A stretch of DNA of 64,000 nt. Source: Mobula hypostoma. Taxonomy: Eukaryota. The translations under genes and the position numbers were made by a program. How positions within the stretch are numbered: position 1 is the first letter of the stretch; each line of letters opens with the position of its first letter. Under the pieces are notes generated by a model that saw only the letters and a list, made by a program, of their open reading frames with translations, searched no databases and had not been told where the DNA came from. The stretch is from positions 171,432,001 through 171,496,000 of the forward strand of contig NC_086097.1 of NCBI RefSeq assembly GCF_963921235.1, written 5' to 3'. Shown here piece after piece: positions 48,860 through 60,598 of the stretch.

Positions 48860-49940
48860 TTCAGCCAGAACCAGATGTCATCAGGTGGTTCCCAACCTTC
48901 ACCAAGTGTTTCGACCCTTAACCACAACACTCTCCAGTTGGTGGGCCGGCAGTGGTGGCCAAATCACTGCCCATCTGCTCCTGGCTTCCAGTTTCCCTCC
49001 TCTCACCTACTCCAAATCCAACAAGAGGCTCGTTCTGCCTCTTCCCCCATCCTACGGGCTGCTTGTTTTTGCTCCTTTTGTCCAGGCCCAGAGCTGACAA
49101 CAACCACCATGCTGATTTGGCTGGGAAACCTCTGCAGCCGATCTCCACAGGGAACAACCATGCCTGCCATCCCTTGTCTTTACACTCCTGCGCTAAGAGC
49201 TGGTACTTCAAGGACTTTCTCTCGTAGGCCTCTTCCCATCCCTCCTCCCATGGCACAGTCAGCTCAACAAGAATTATTTTCTTGTCTTCGGTTGACCACA
49301 GTACAATGTCCGGGCGTAGGGTTGTATGCACCACATCCAGGAACGGCAACCTCCTTCCCACATCGACCCTCATCTCCCAGGACCTGTCCGTTAGCAGCAG
49401 ATTGGGCTTTGGTTGTTTGGTTACGAAAAGCCTAGCTCCCTCTTTGATGAAGGTGATGGCCTTCCTCAAATCTGTGCCAGCCGTCCTCTTCTTGCATCTC
49501 TCCGGCTCTAGTGTCAGCAAGAACGAGAAGCACCTTATCATAGTGCCACCTATACCGTCCTCGAGTTAGAGCTGTTTTACACCCGGACAGTATATGAGCC
49601 AGTGTTCCCTTTTGACCACAGAGCTTACAGTTTGGGTCCTCTCTCATCCCCCGTGTGTACAGATGTCATGGTGAAGGAAGGGTGTCATACACAGATTGCA
49701 AGAGGAAGGAAATACAGAAGGACTCCAGTCTCCATAACTCTGCCGATAAGATCTTGTGCTTAGGCAGATCCCATTTTGTCCAGGCACCCTGGGACCCTTG
49801 TTCTACTGCCTTTGACATCTGCTTCTCTTCCTCACAGATCCATACTTCTGCCTGTAACATGTCTCGCCTGTTCTTTATGCTTGCGTTTTCCCACTGCTGG
49901 AAGTGAGGTGAACCGAGGCCTTGCCGCTCATTGATCCACA
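48860..49940 (-). mobile_element. 5'-truncated non-LTR retrotransposon with restriction-like endonuclease (HERO-type)
   Basis: CCHC finger CKLCGQKGTLAHILSGC, GRYRWHYDKVL, RLE motif LRPDIVLW...ILVELTVPWEE...ERKSLKY, PVEIGCRGF. Confidence 0.87.
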
Positions 49941-50269
49941 TCTAGACCCGCTCTGGTGTATCTTGAGCCCTCTGATGTTCTTGCAGATTTTCCCGCAATG
50001 ACACCTTACAGTGAATTCCTCTCCGGTCAGTGTTGTTTGCTTTAGCTTCCTCTGCTTCCTGTCCTGGCCATTGCCAAATACTTCTTAAATGTTGTGAGAA
50101 TACCTGCCTCCACCACCCCTTCAAACAATGTGTTCCAGATTTCAACCAGTTACTAGATTAATAAATTATTCTTGAAATCCCCTATAAACTTCTAACTGCT
50201 CAACTTAAATCTGTCCCCACTTATTTTAGGCACCTCAGCTATGAAAATAAATGTTTCCTTCTATCTGCC

Positions 50270-51800
50270 CTATCTTGTGTACACTTGTGCTGATGGAGAT
50301 TATGGAGGAGATGTTGTTGCCAATCCAAGTAGACTGGGGTCTGCAAGTGAGAAAATTGAAGATCCAGTTCCACAAGGAGGTATTGAGGCCTAGGTTTTGA
50401 AGCTTAGTGATTGGTTTTGAGAGGATGATAGTATTGAAATCTGAGCTGTAGTCAATGAAGATCATCCTGATGCATGATTCTTGAGGTTTAAGATATCGGT
50501 GAACACTTCAGCCAGTTGATCAGCAGAGGTCTTTAGTACTCGACCAGGTACCCCATCTGGGCTGGATGTTGGCCTCAGAGGCGGAAATCACAGGGTCATT
50601 GTGGGCTCTGGGTGTTTGTGAAGGTACCTCCTTGTTTTGATGGTCAAAGTGTGTATAAAACACATTGAGATCATTCGGGAGCAAAGCCTTGTTGTCAACT
50701 TTGTCAGAAAAACACACAAAATCCAGACTTTTATGTGTATTGCTCGGGTTTCCAATATCTGCAGATTTTCTCTTGTTTGTTACCTATGTCAGTTTGTTTC
50801 ACTTTGTAGGAGGTGATGGCATTCAAGCCCTACCACAACTGTTGATCATCCTTCAGTGATTCACTTTGGTCCGGAATTGCCACTTCGCCCATGAGGTGAC
50901 TTTGCAGAGATCATACCTGGACCTCTTGTATTTTACTTAGTCATTAGACCTGAATGCCACTGGTCTGGTCATCAGCAGATTGCAGATCTCATGGTTCATA
51001 CAGGACTTCTGATTAGGGAAGATTTTGAGTGATATTCTGGGGATACACTCATTTACAACTGTTTTTATAAAGTCTGTGCCAAACATGGTGCATTGGTTCG
51101 AATCCTCTGATGAGTCCTTGAACATGGCCCAGTCCGCTAACTTGAAGTAATCTAGTATCCGCTCCTTTGCCTTCCACGGCCAACTCTTTGTTGTCCTAAT
51201 CTCTGCAGCCTTGTCTTTAATGTTTGCCTGTATTCAGGATAACTAAGTGATCAGATTTCCTGAAATGCAGTCTATGCATGGGACAGTAGGCATTCCTAAT
51301 CATGGTATAGCAGTAGTTGAGTGTATTGGGAACCCTGGTGCTACAGTTGATACGTTGATAATAATTGGGCAGAGATTCCTTCATACACATCTGACTGAAG
51401 TCCCCTACAATGATTTGAAAAACATTGGGATAAGATGATTCTTGTTCAATACACAGAGTGCCTGCTTAACATTGGATTGTGCTGGTATGTAAACTGTGCT
51501 CAGGATCATGGAGGAGAACTCTCCCGGTAAGTAGAACAGTCGGCACCTAGTAGATCAGATGTTCCAGGCCAGGTAAACAAGAATGTAATAAGGCCGCTCA
51601 ACAAAGAATTTATCATGAAACACAGACCCTCAGCGTCTGCCTTCTCCAAATCAGCAGTTTGGTCCATTTGGTATATCAAGAAACCCTTGGGTCTAACGGA
51701 CATATCCGCCATATCTCTGTGAAACACAATAATTCTGCATTTCTCTCCGGTAGAGCAACCTTGCCCTTACGTCCTCAGTCTTGCTCTCTAGTGACTGCAC
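50270..51800 (-). mobile_element. Rex1/Babar LINE, fragmented endonuclease and RT
   Basis: IFIDYSSDFNTI...LGLNTSLWNWIFNFLTCRPQ, LPNDLNVFYTHFD, FPNQKSCMNHEI. Confidence 0.8.
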
Positions 51801-52064
51801 TGATGCTGGGTGGATGAAATTTTATGCCTCCTTTTTTAAGCCTGGCTTGGAGTCAGTCCTCCCCTCCTCCCTTTCTTTCGTCATCTTAAAGAATGCCTGA
51901 GGGTTAAGTCTGCCTGAGTCCTTCAGAAGATGGTGAAATTGCTAGTTAATTCAGATGGTTCAAAGGTATATTACTTAAAGAGAAATTACAGGCTGCAGAT
52001 TGCAGTGAGAATAGTTGAGTAGTTCAAAAAAGTATATTTAGAAGTTTTGTAAGGTGCCTGTAAC

Positions 52065-52830
52065 ATGTCACTGTGGCTCACCAGCACCATCTTGCACCAC
52101 AAGGCTACGTGCTTAGACTCCTTCTCTACTCACCTTATATTTATATGGTGTGGGGCTAAGCACACTTCCAAAGCCATATTTAAATTTTGCTGTCATTGGC
52201 CCAATCAAAGTGATGACAAATCAGCAAAAAGGAGAGAGATTGTAAATCTGGCTAAGTGGTGCCACATTAACAACCTCTCACTCAATGTCAGCAAGAGCAA
52301 GGAGCAGATTATTAAAATGAGGACAAGAATACTGGAAGTCCATGAGCCAGTCCTCATCAGGAAGTCAGAGGTAGAAAGGGTCAGCAGTTTTAAATTCCTC
52401 AGTGTTTTCATTTCAGAGGATCTATCGTAGTTCCAACAGGTAATTGCCATTATGAAGAAAACATGGCAGTGTCTCTACTTCCATAGAAGTTTGTGAAGAT
52501 TCAGCATGCCACATAAAATGTTGATAAATCTCTAGATATGCATGGTGGAGAGTATATTGACTAGTTGCATCATTGTCTAGTATAGACACACAAATGCCCT
52601 TGAATGGACAAGCCTACAAAAAGTAGTGGATGTGGCCCAGTCCATTACAGGTGGAGCCGTTCCCACAACTGAAAGCATCTGCATGGAGCACTGTAGCAGG
52701 AAAGCAGTATCCATCGTCAAGGAATCACACCATGTTCTCTTCTCACTGCTGTCATCAGGAAGGAGGTAGAAGAGACTTTGGCCCACACCACCAGGCTCAG
52801 GAAAATACCCCTCAACCATCAGGCTCTTGA
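52065..52830 (+). mobile_element. Rex1/Babar LINE 3' fragment
   Basis: KWCHINNLSLNVSKSKE...EVERVSSFKFLSVFISEDLS. Confidence 0.8.
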
Positions 52831-53009
52831 ACCAGAGAGGATAACTTCACTCACCCCATCACTGAAACGTTCCACAACCTATGGACTCACTTTCAAGGAC
52901 TCTCCATCTCATGTTCTCGATATTTATTGCTTATTTATTTATATACATTTTGGATTTTCACATTGATTGTTTGTCCGTCCTATTACAGGGTGGTCTTTCT
53001 TTGATTTTA

Positions 53010-53680
53010 GAGTCATAGAGTCCTTGAGAAGCGCAGCGTTTAACCTGCCTGATGCCAGTGACTGGCACTAGGACCTTAGCCCTCCATATCACTACTGTCC
53101 ACTTACCTATCCAAACTTCTCTTAAACACCGAAATTGAGATTGCATGGATCACTTGTGCTGGCAGCTCATTCCAGACTCTTACGACCCTCTGAGTGAAGA
53201 AGTTTCCCCTCATGTTCCTCTTAAACTTCTCACCTTTCACCCTTAAGCCATGACCTCTGGTTGTAGTCCCACCCAACCTCAGTGGAAAAAGCCTGCCTGC
53301 ATTTACCCTATCTATACCCTTCATAATTTTGTGTACCTCTAACAAATCTCCTCTCTGTCTTCTACGTTCTAAAGAATACAGTCCTAACCTATTCAATCTT
53401 TCTTATAACTCAGGTCCTCTAGAACTGGCAACATCCTTGTAAATTTTCTCTGCACTCTTTCAATCTTGCTTACATCTTTCTAATAGGTAGGTGACCAAAG
53501 CTGCAAACAATGCTGCAAATTAGGCCTCACCAATGACTTATACAACTTCAACATCTTCTGTACTTAACACATTGATTTATGAAATCCAATGTGCCTAAAG
53601 ATTTCTTTATCACCCTATCTACCTGTGATGCCACCTTCAACAAATTATGCACCTGTATTCCCAGATCCCTTTGTTTTACT
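53010..53680 (-). mobile_element. CR1 3' fragment
   Basis: ORF 53103-53396 LGLYSLERRRQRGDLLEVHKIMKGIDRV...FFTQRVVRVWNELP. Confidence 0.85.
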
Positions 53681-55929
53681 ATTATATTGTGTTTCTATTG
53701 TGTTTCTTGTTTTACTGTGAAAATGAAAATGAATCTCAGGGTTGCATATGGTGAGATTTATATTTTGGTAATAAATTCACTTTGAGCTTTGAAGTATACC
53801 CCTCGTAAGGGAGGTGCTTGGAATGCTTGCTTTTGTTATTCAGGAATTCAGGAGTTCAGACGTCATGTTACAGATGCACAAAGTATCGGAAAAGCCACAT
53901 TTGGAGTACTGAGTTCTGGTTGCCTAGCTCTGGGAAGAACCGCATTGAACTAGAGAGGTTGCAAAAGAGATTTACAAAGATGTTACCAGGACTGGAGGGC
54001 TTGAGTTATAATGATAGCCTAGGACTTTTTTTCCTTTGAAAATAAAGGGTCTAGGGGAGGCCTTATGAATTTACTGTATATAAAATCATGAGGGGCATGC
54101 ATAAAGGGAATTACCAAAGTATTTTCAGGAAACAAAGGGAGTCCAAAACTAGAGGGCACAGATTTAATTTGAAAGGGCAAAGATTTAAAAAAAGGCACAA
54201 GAGAGATTCTGCAGATGCTGGAAATCTTGACCAACACACACAAGGTGCTGGAGGAACTCAGCATCTACGGAGGGAAGTAGTCAACATTTCAAGCTGAGGT
54301 CATAGCTCCTCCAGCATTTAGTGTGTGTTGCTCAGGATTTAAAATGGTTCTGAGGGGATTTTCATCCCCAGGGTGGTATACGGATGGAATTGGCAGAGGA
54401 AGTGGTAGAAGCAAGCACAATAATGATATTTCAAGGCAGTTGAACAGTTAGAAAGATAGGAAAGGTTTAGAGGGATATGAGCCAAACACAGACAAGTGGG
54501 ACTAAGTCAGTTAGGGTGAAGGAGGAACCTGCTGCATGGGCAACAACTTGTTCTCATATCGTAATGCCCTAGCTCGCGTATTGATGACAACTAGGACACA
54601 GCATCCGTGGTCAACCCCAAACACTGGAGGACTCCTAGATTTAAGGTTGGGAGTGAAAGGAAAAATTAACAAGGAATTACAAGGCAGGTTTCTCACACAG
54701 AGAGTGATAGGAGTGGTGTGTGACTGTTTCACCTCGGGGTACGTGGTGGAAACAGATACAATAGCAACATTTAGGATGTATTTGAGCAGTCACATGGACA
54801 GTAAGGGAATAGAAGGATATAGATCATGTACAAATAGTTGGGATTAAGTTGGATTGGCGTCATAGTCTGCATAGGCACTGTGGGCCAAATTGTTCCACGT
54901 CCTATGTGCTTTTAATCACTGTTCAGTACAAGGAGAGATTAGCAGATTTTCACACAAAGAGCAATGTGATCATAACCAACCACTGTTCTGGCAACATTGA
55001 GTGAGGGATAAATATTATCAGGGCTGCTGGCAGGACTCCCTGCCTCTTCTGTGAAAGCCTGCTCTGGGTCACATACTGCGTGCTACGACACCTCATCTGA
55101 AACCCAGCATGATTGTGTGGCGCTCACTCTGCACCTCTGTGTTAACCCAGCATTTTTGTCTGCGAACTTCTGGCATGGGAATTGAACCTACAAGATTTTG
55201 CTTAAGAGGAAAAGTGGTATTACCCATGAAGTCAGACTTGGCTCTATTATCGGACAGGCAAGAAACGGCAGATGCTGGAATCTGGAGCAACAGACAAAAT
55301 ACTTGAAGAACTCAGTGGGTCAGATAGCATCTATGGAGAGGAATGTCCAGATGACATTTTGGGTCAAGTCCCCTCATCTGCAAAGTTCCACCAGTGTGTT
55401 GTATGTTGTTAGCTCTCTATAACTGTTTAAAAGGCAGTTTTTCAGATGCGATCGTTAGCAGTCAGCAACAGTATTATATAGTGACTGAGTGGAAAAATCT
55501 TTTATTTTGCAAAGTGATGCTGATAAAAAAATAGCATCTCATGAACTTAAGTGGTGAGATCCCTGGAACCCACTCGAAGTAAATAGGAATGAGCTGATAT
55601 ATAATTTTTTCTAAACAATCTTATAGTTTCAGAATGTAAATTGTTTGGTTTTGATAGAGGCTCTGAGGTACGGGTTAAAACACTATAGAGCTGTGTTCAT
55701 GCCATCAAATTCATTGATGGGGAACGGTTAAAATTCAGAGCACATATCGCTGGCTCGTGTGTAAATCTACATTGAAAGAATGTTTATTCCCATTCTGTTA
55801 CTGCAAATAATATCGGCTATAGGCAGTATTGAAGAATGAGGCTCATTATTATCCAATCCTCCATCCCCAAACCTTCCTGGGAAGAAGACTGCAAACAAAG
55901 GGACCTAGTGAATGCTGGGCTGGTTTTGA

Positions 55930-56252
55930 AAGGGAAAGTGAAAGAGAGAGAAAAGGAGACGATGAAAGGAAGGAGGAGGCAGGGTGTTGAAGGATGGCAT
56001 GAAGGAAGGGGAGGAAGGAAAAAGAAAAGGTAAAGGAGAGAGAAAGTAAGAAAGGTATGGTGGAAGGGAGAGATGGAAGGAGGAAAGCAGCAAAGGAGGG
56101 GACAAGGAAAGAGGAAAGGAGGAAGGGGAAGAAGGAGGCAATATGTGAAGAAAGAAATGATGTAGGGAAGGAAGGAGTGAGAAAAGGAAGAATGCAGGGA
56201 ATGGAAGAAGGAAGGAACTGATAATGGAAGAAGGAGATGAAGGAAAGGAAGG
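55930..56252 (+). repeat. Purine-rich (GA) low-complexity tract
   Basis: ~320 bp dominated by GGAA/GAAG motifs. Confidence 0.85.
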
Positions 56253-58136
56253 TATTGATATTGGTACTGGCATTAATTTATTATTGTCGCATGTACCTAC
56301 ATACAGTGAAAAGCTTGTCTTGCATACTATTCATGCAGATCAAATTGTTACACAGTGCTTGGGGTAGAACAAGGTAAAACAATAACAGAATGCAGAATGA
56401 AGTCTAACAACTATAGAGAAAGTGAAGTGCAGGTAAACAATAAAGTGCAAGATCATACCAAGGTAAATTGTGAGGTCAAGGGACCATCTTATTGCATTAG
56501 AGAACTACTTAATAGTCTTATGACAGCTTGATAGAAGCTATCCTTGAGCCTGGTGATATGGGCTTTCGTGCTTTTATATCTTCTGCCCAATGGGAAGGGG
56601 AAAAACATTGGCTACCTTCTCTCTACTCTTTCAATCCAGATGAAGGTCTCAACTTGAAATGTCACTGCCCAGTTCCCTCCAAAGATATTATCTAAGTTCT
56701 TCCAGCATCTTTTTTGTTGCTGCTGTTTTGTATTTTGTTTTCTCAGTGGAGTCGTAAAATGGAGACACAAGAGACTGCAGATACTGGAGTCTGGAACAGA
56801 AAATAAAATGCTGGAGGAACTCAGTTAGGGAGCTTCTGCAAGCAATAATGAAGGTCATAGCCTGGAAATTAACCATTTGTTTCCCTCCACAGATGCTGCT
56901 CAACCTGCTGAGTTATTCTGGTAGTTTGATTTTTACGATGTTGTATTTCTTGAATTTCTTTTGTTCATGAATACATTTTGTTTTTGAAATTAAGCATGCT
57001 TTGGGGAAAGAACATGGCCTAAGATTCTGTTAAGATTTGGACACTGAGTGTGTAACGCATGGAATGGTATCTCAAACATCACTTATGTGTATTGTTAAAC
57101 TGTGTTGTTGCATTACAGTAATATTGTATGTATTAAATAGATGGCACAATAAATCTAGGGAAAGGTATGTACAGACTTCCTATGTAATCTCCATCTACTC
57201 ATTTACTTATTTGTCTCCATGTCTGTTTTCTTATTTATTTAATATTTATTCATTTATTCGGTTATTATAAATTAGTAACTTTTTTAAGTCTTGCACAGTG
57301 CTACTGCCACAAAGCAAGAAATTACATGACACATGTTAGTGATAATGAAACTGATTCTAATTCCAATTCTGAATATTTTTGAAATTTTAAAAAATGTAAT
57401 GTTAAAGCCTTTATCAGAAGAACATGCTGATAAAGGGTCTCCAACATGAATCATTACTCCTCTTTCTCTCCACAGGTGCTGTCTGACCTCCGAGCGCTTC
57501 TGTCACTTTGTGCTTTTATTTGTACAGAGTCTGCTGTTCAGCGCGACTGCTCCCACAAGGGACCCGTGCAAGCATGACTTGTATCATTTCATAGCAATTT
57601 CTTGTTTCAGATTGTCCAGTTTTGATGCTGGATATATTTAGGTGGGTTGTTTTTAAATATTTGATTAATTTGCATGATGTTCTCACTTCTCACAGGTAGA
57701 GTTCTGTTGTAGATGTCTCCAACTTCAGATTCCACACTGCATAATAGGGCCACTGACACAGAATTAGACCCCCGGGAATATTGATAGCGCAATTTTTACG
57801 CTACTTCCTATGCAGACAATTACAGGGTCAATTATTATGAACCAAGGCCAGATGTAATGGCTGAGACACAGTGAAGTGATCCATAGGAGATTGTATTGAG
57901 TTCGTGAGATAGCAAACTCCATTGCTAACAGATTCCAGTCCTTTCACTCTCATGGAGTAAGAATTGCCCATTTGGTTTGAGAAGACAAATTTGTTGAGAA
58001 GCACTAGACTCCAGAAATTAAAGGTACTACTTTGGGTAAAACTTTACTTTTGCCCTCATACTAAATGAGTTGAAAATGAATTTCTTCTCACCTTTTGTTC
58101 AGCTGCCTCATGACTACAAAAGCAACAAAGGGTAAA

Positions 58137-59844
58137 CAGTGGTGCTAGAAAGTTTGTGAACCCTGTAGAATTTTCCCTATTTTTGTATAACCTAAAATGT
58201 GATCAGATCTTCATGTAAGTCCCAAACTAAATAAAGAAAACCCAATTAAATAAATAACACAAAAATTATATTTGTTCATTTATTTATTTAGAAAAATGAT
58301 TCCATATTACATGCAACACACATCAAAGTTGCTGGTGAATGCAGCAGGCCAGGCAGCATCTCTAGGAAGAGGTACAGTCGACCTTTCAAGCCGAGACCCT
58401 TCATCAGGCATTCACCAGCAACTTTGATGTGTGTTGCTTGAATTTCGAGCATCTGCAGAATTCCTGTTGTTCCATATTACATGTATTTGTTGGAAAAAGT
58501 ATGTGAAATTTTACATTCAGTAACTGGTGTGACCCCCTTGTACAGCAATGACTTCAACAGAGCATTTGTGGTAACGGTTGATTCGTCCTGCACATCAGCT
58601 TGGAGGAATTTAGATGCATTCCTCCTTACAAAACTGCTTCAACACTGGGGTGTTGGTGAGCTTCCTTGCAGAACTACTGCTTTGGGTCTGTCCACAGCAT
58701 TTCTATAGGATTAAGTTCAGGACTTTGACTTGGTCATTCCAAAACACAAATTTTCTTCTTTTTAAACCATTCTGTTGTTAACTTACTCTTGTCTTTCTGA
58801 TCATTGTCTTGTTGCATTATTCAACTTCTATTCAGCTTCAGGTGATGGACTTCCAACCCTGACGTTATCCAGTAAAATGTCTTGATGAATTAAAGCAGCC
58901 TCAAACCATGATGCTCCTTCCACCATTCTTCACGGATGGGATGAGGCACTGGTGTTGGTGTGCAGTACCGTTTTTCCTCCAAACAGAGCAATGTGCATTT
59001 CTTCCACAAAGTTCAACTTTTGTCTCATCTGTCCACAGAATATTGTCCCAGGAGTGCTGTAGAACATCCACGTGGTCCTTTGCAAATTTGAGTTTTGGAG
59101 AGCAGTGGTTTCCTTCATGGTGTCCTTCCATGAACACCATTCTTGTTCAGTGTTTTCTTTATAATAGGTACATGAACAGAGATTTCACCAAGTTCTAAAG
59201 ATTTCTGCAGGTCTTTTGCTGTTACCTTTGGGTTCTTTTTCACCTCCTTCAGCAATGCAAATTGTGCTGTTGGTGTGATCTTTGCAGGATACCCACTCCT
59301 AAGGAGAGTAGCAACAGTACTGAGTTTCCACCATCTGCAGACAGTTTCTCTTACTGTGGACTAATGAGCACTCTGGTCTTTAGATATGCTTTCGTAGCCT
59401 TTTCCAGCTATATGCATCTCTACAATTCCTCTAAGGTCCTCTGAAAGTTGTTTTGATTGAGGCGTGGTGTACATAAGCAGATCTTTCTTGAGAAGAGCAG
59501 GCTCTGTCAGTAACCTGACTTTGTGTGTCTTTTTTATAGGGCAAGGCACCCCTATAGCCCACACCTCCAATCTCATCTCATTGATTGGAACAGCTGACTC
59601 CAAATAGCTTTTGTGGAAAGCATTACCCCTGAGGTTCACATACATTTTCCAACAAATATATGTAATATTGGATTATTTTTCTTAATGAAAAAATGAACAA
59701 GTATAATGTTATTTGTACTATTTATTTAATTGGGTTCTCTTTATCTAGTTTTAGGACATATGAAGAACTGATCACATTTCAGGTTATATTTATGCAGAGA
59801 TAGAGGAAATTCTACAGGGTTCACAAACTTTTATAGCATCACTG
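58137..59844 (-). mobile_element. Tc1-family DNA transposon with long (~200+ bp) TIRs and a decayed transposase
   Basis: Ends CAGTGGTGCTAGAAAGTTTGTGAACCCTGTAGAA / TTCTACAGGGTTCACAAACTTTTATAGCATCACTG+TA; remnants SKQLSEDLR...HIAGKGYESISK and LWTDETKVELCGRN...PSVKNGGRSIMV. Confidence 0.92.
58314..58469. mobile_element. Short inverted Penelope pLTR element inserted in the left Tc1 TIR
   Basis: Near-perfect inverted arms CAACACACATCAAAGTTGCTGGTGAATGC / GCATTCACCAGCAACTTTGATGTGTGTTG; 14-bp TSD TTCCATATTACATG at 58300-58313 and 58470-58483. Confidence 0.87.
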
Positions 59845-59993
59845 TAGTTTTAAGATGAGAGGGCAAGGATTTACAGAGAGAGAGGTGGGTGCTTGAAACA
59901 GGCTGCCAAAGATAGTGGTGGAAAAGTACAACAGTGTTTTTCAGGAGGATTTTAGATAGTCACATGAACAAGTAAGGAATGGAGGGACATGGA

Positions 59994-60435
59994 CAGTGCT
60001 AGCCGGAGCGCACGGGAGCGCTTCTGGCACCTCTTTAAGAAAAAAAGCCGAAATAAACAAGCTAATTAATTAGGTGCCGCCCAGGGTGATTTGGGTATCT
60101 CAGAAACTGCTGATCTCCAGGGATTTTTACACACAACAGACTCTGGAGTTTACAAAGAGTGGTGCCAAAAACAAAAAAAAGAAATCTAGCGAGTGGATTT
60201 AACAAGATGTTTTCACTCACAAAACAGCCACTCACTGAATGCTTTTTTTTGTTTTTGGCACCATTCTTTGTAAACTCCAGAGTCTGTTGTGCGTAAAAAT
60301 CCCTAGAGATCAGCAGTTTCTGAGATACTCAAATCACCCTGGGTGGCACCTAGTTAATTAGCTTGTTTATTTTGGCTTTTTTCTTAAGGAAGTGCCGGAT
60401 GTGCTCTGGTGTGCTCTGTCTAGCACTGTACCCCT
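59994..60435. mobile_element. Foldback (palindromic) element, ~200-bp arms
   Basis: 59993-60196 is the reverse complement of ~60228-60429; GGACATGGA duplicated at 59985-59993 and 60436-60444. Confidence 0.88.
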
Positions 60436-60563
60436 GGACATGGACCACCTCCAGGCAAAAGTTTAAGTTAACACAAAATAATCTGCAGATGCTGTGATCA
60501 AAGCAACACTTTCAGTATGCTGGATGAACTCAGCAGGTCAGGCAGCATAAGTTAGAAACGATG

Positions 60564-60598
60564 AGTCGACGTTTCGGGCGGAACACTTCGTCAGGACT
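60564..60598 (-). ncRNA. Minimal type I hammerhead ribozyme motif within a Penelope pLTR fragment (~60470-60750)
   Basis: AGTC-CTGACGA-AGTGTTCCGCCC-GAAAC-GTC-GACT: stem I, both core boxes and the GUC triplet intact; stem II weakened. Confidence 0.6.

Noticed and set aside
48875..48915. Possible type II hammerhead at the HERO 3' end (minus strand GAAAC...CTGATGA)
   Set aside because: The flanks that should form stem II (GGGTC / CATC) do not pair, and the would-be cleavage triplet is GUG rather than NUH.
55905..56273. 122-aa Pro/Ser/Phe/Leu-rich ORF
   Set aside because: Translation of the pyrimidine strand of a low-complexity tract.
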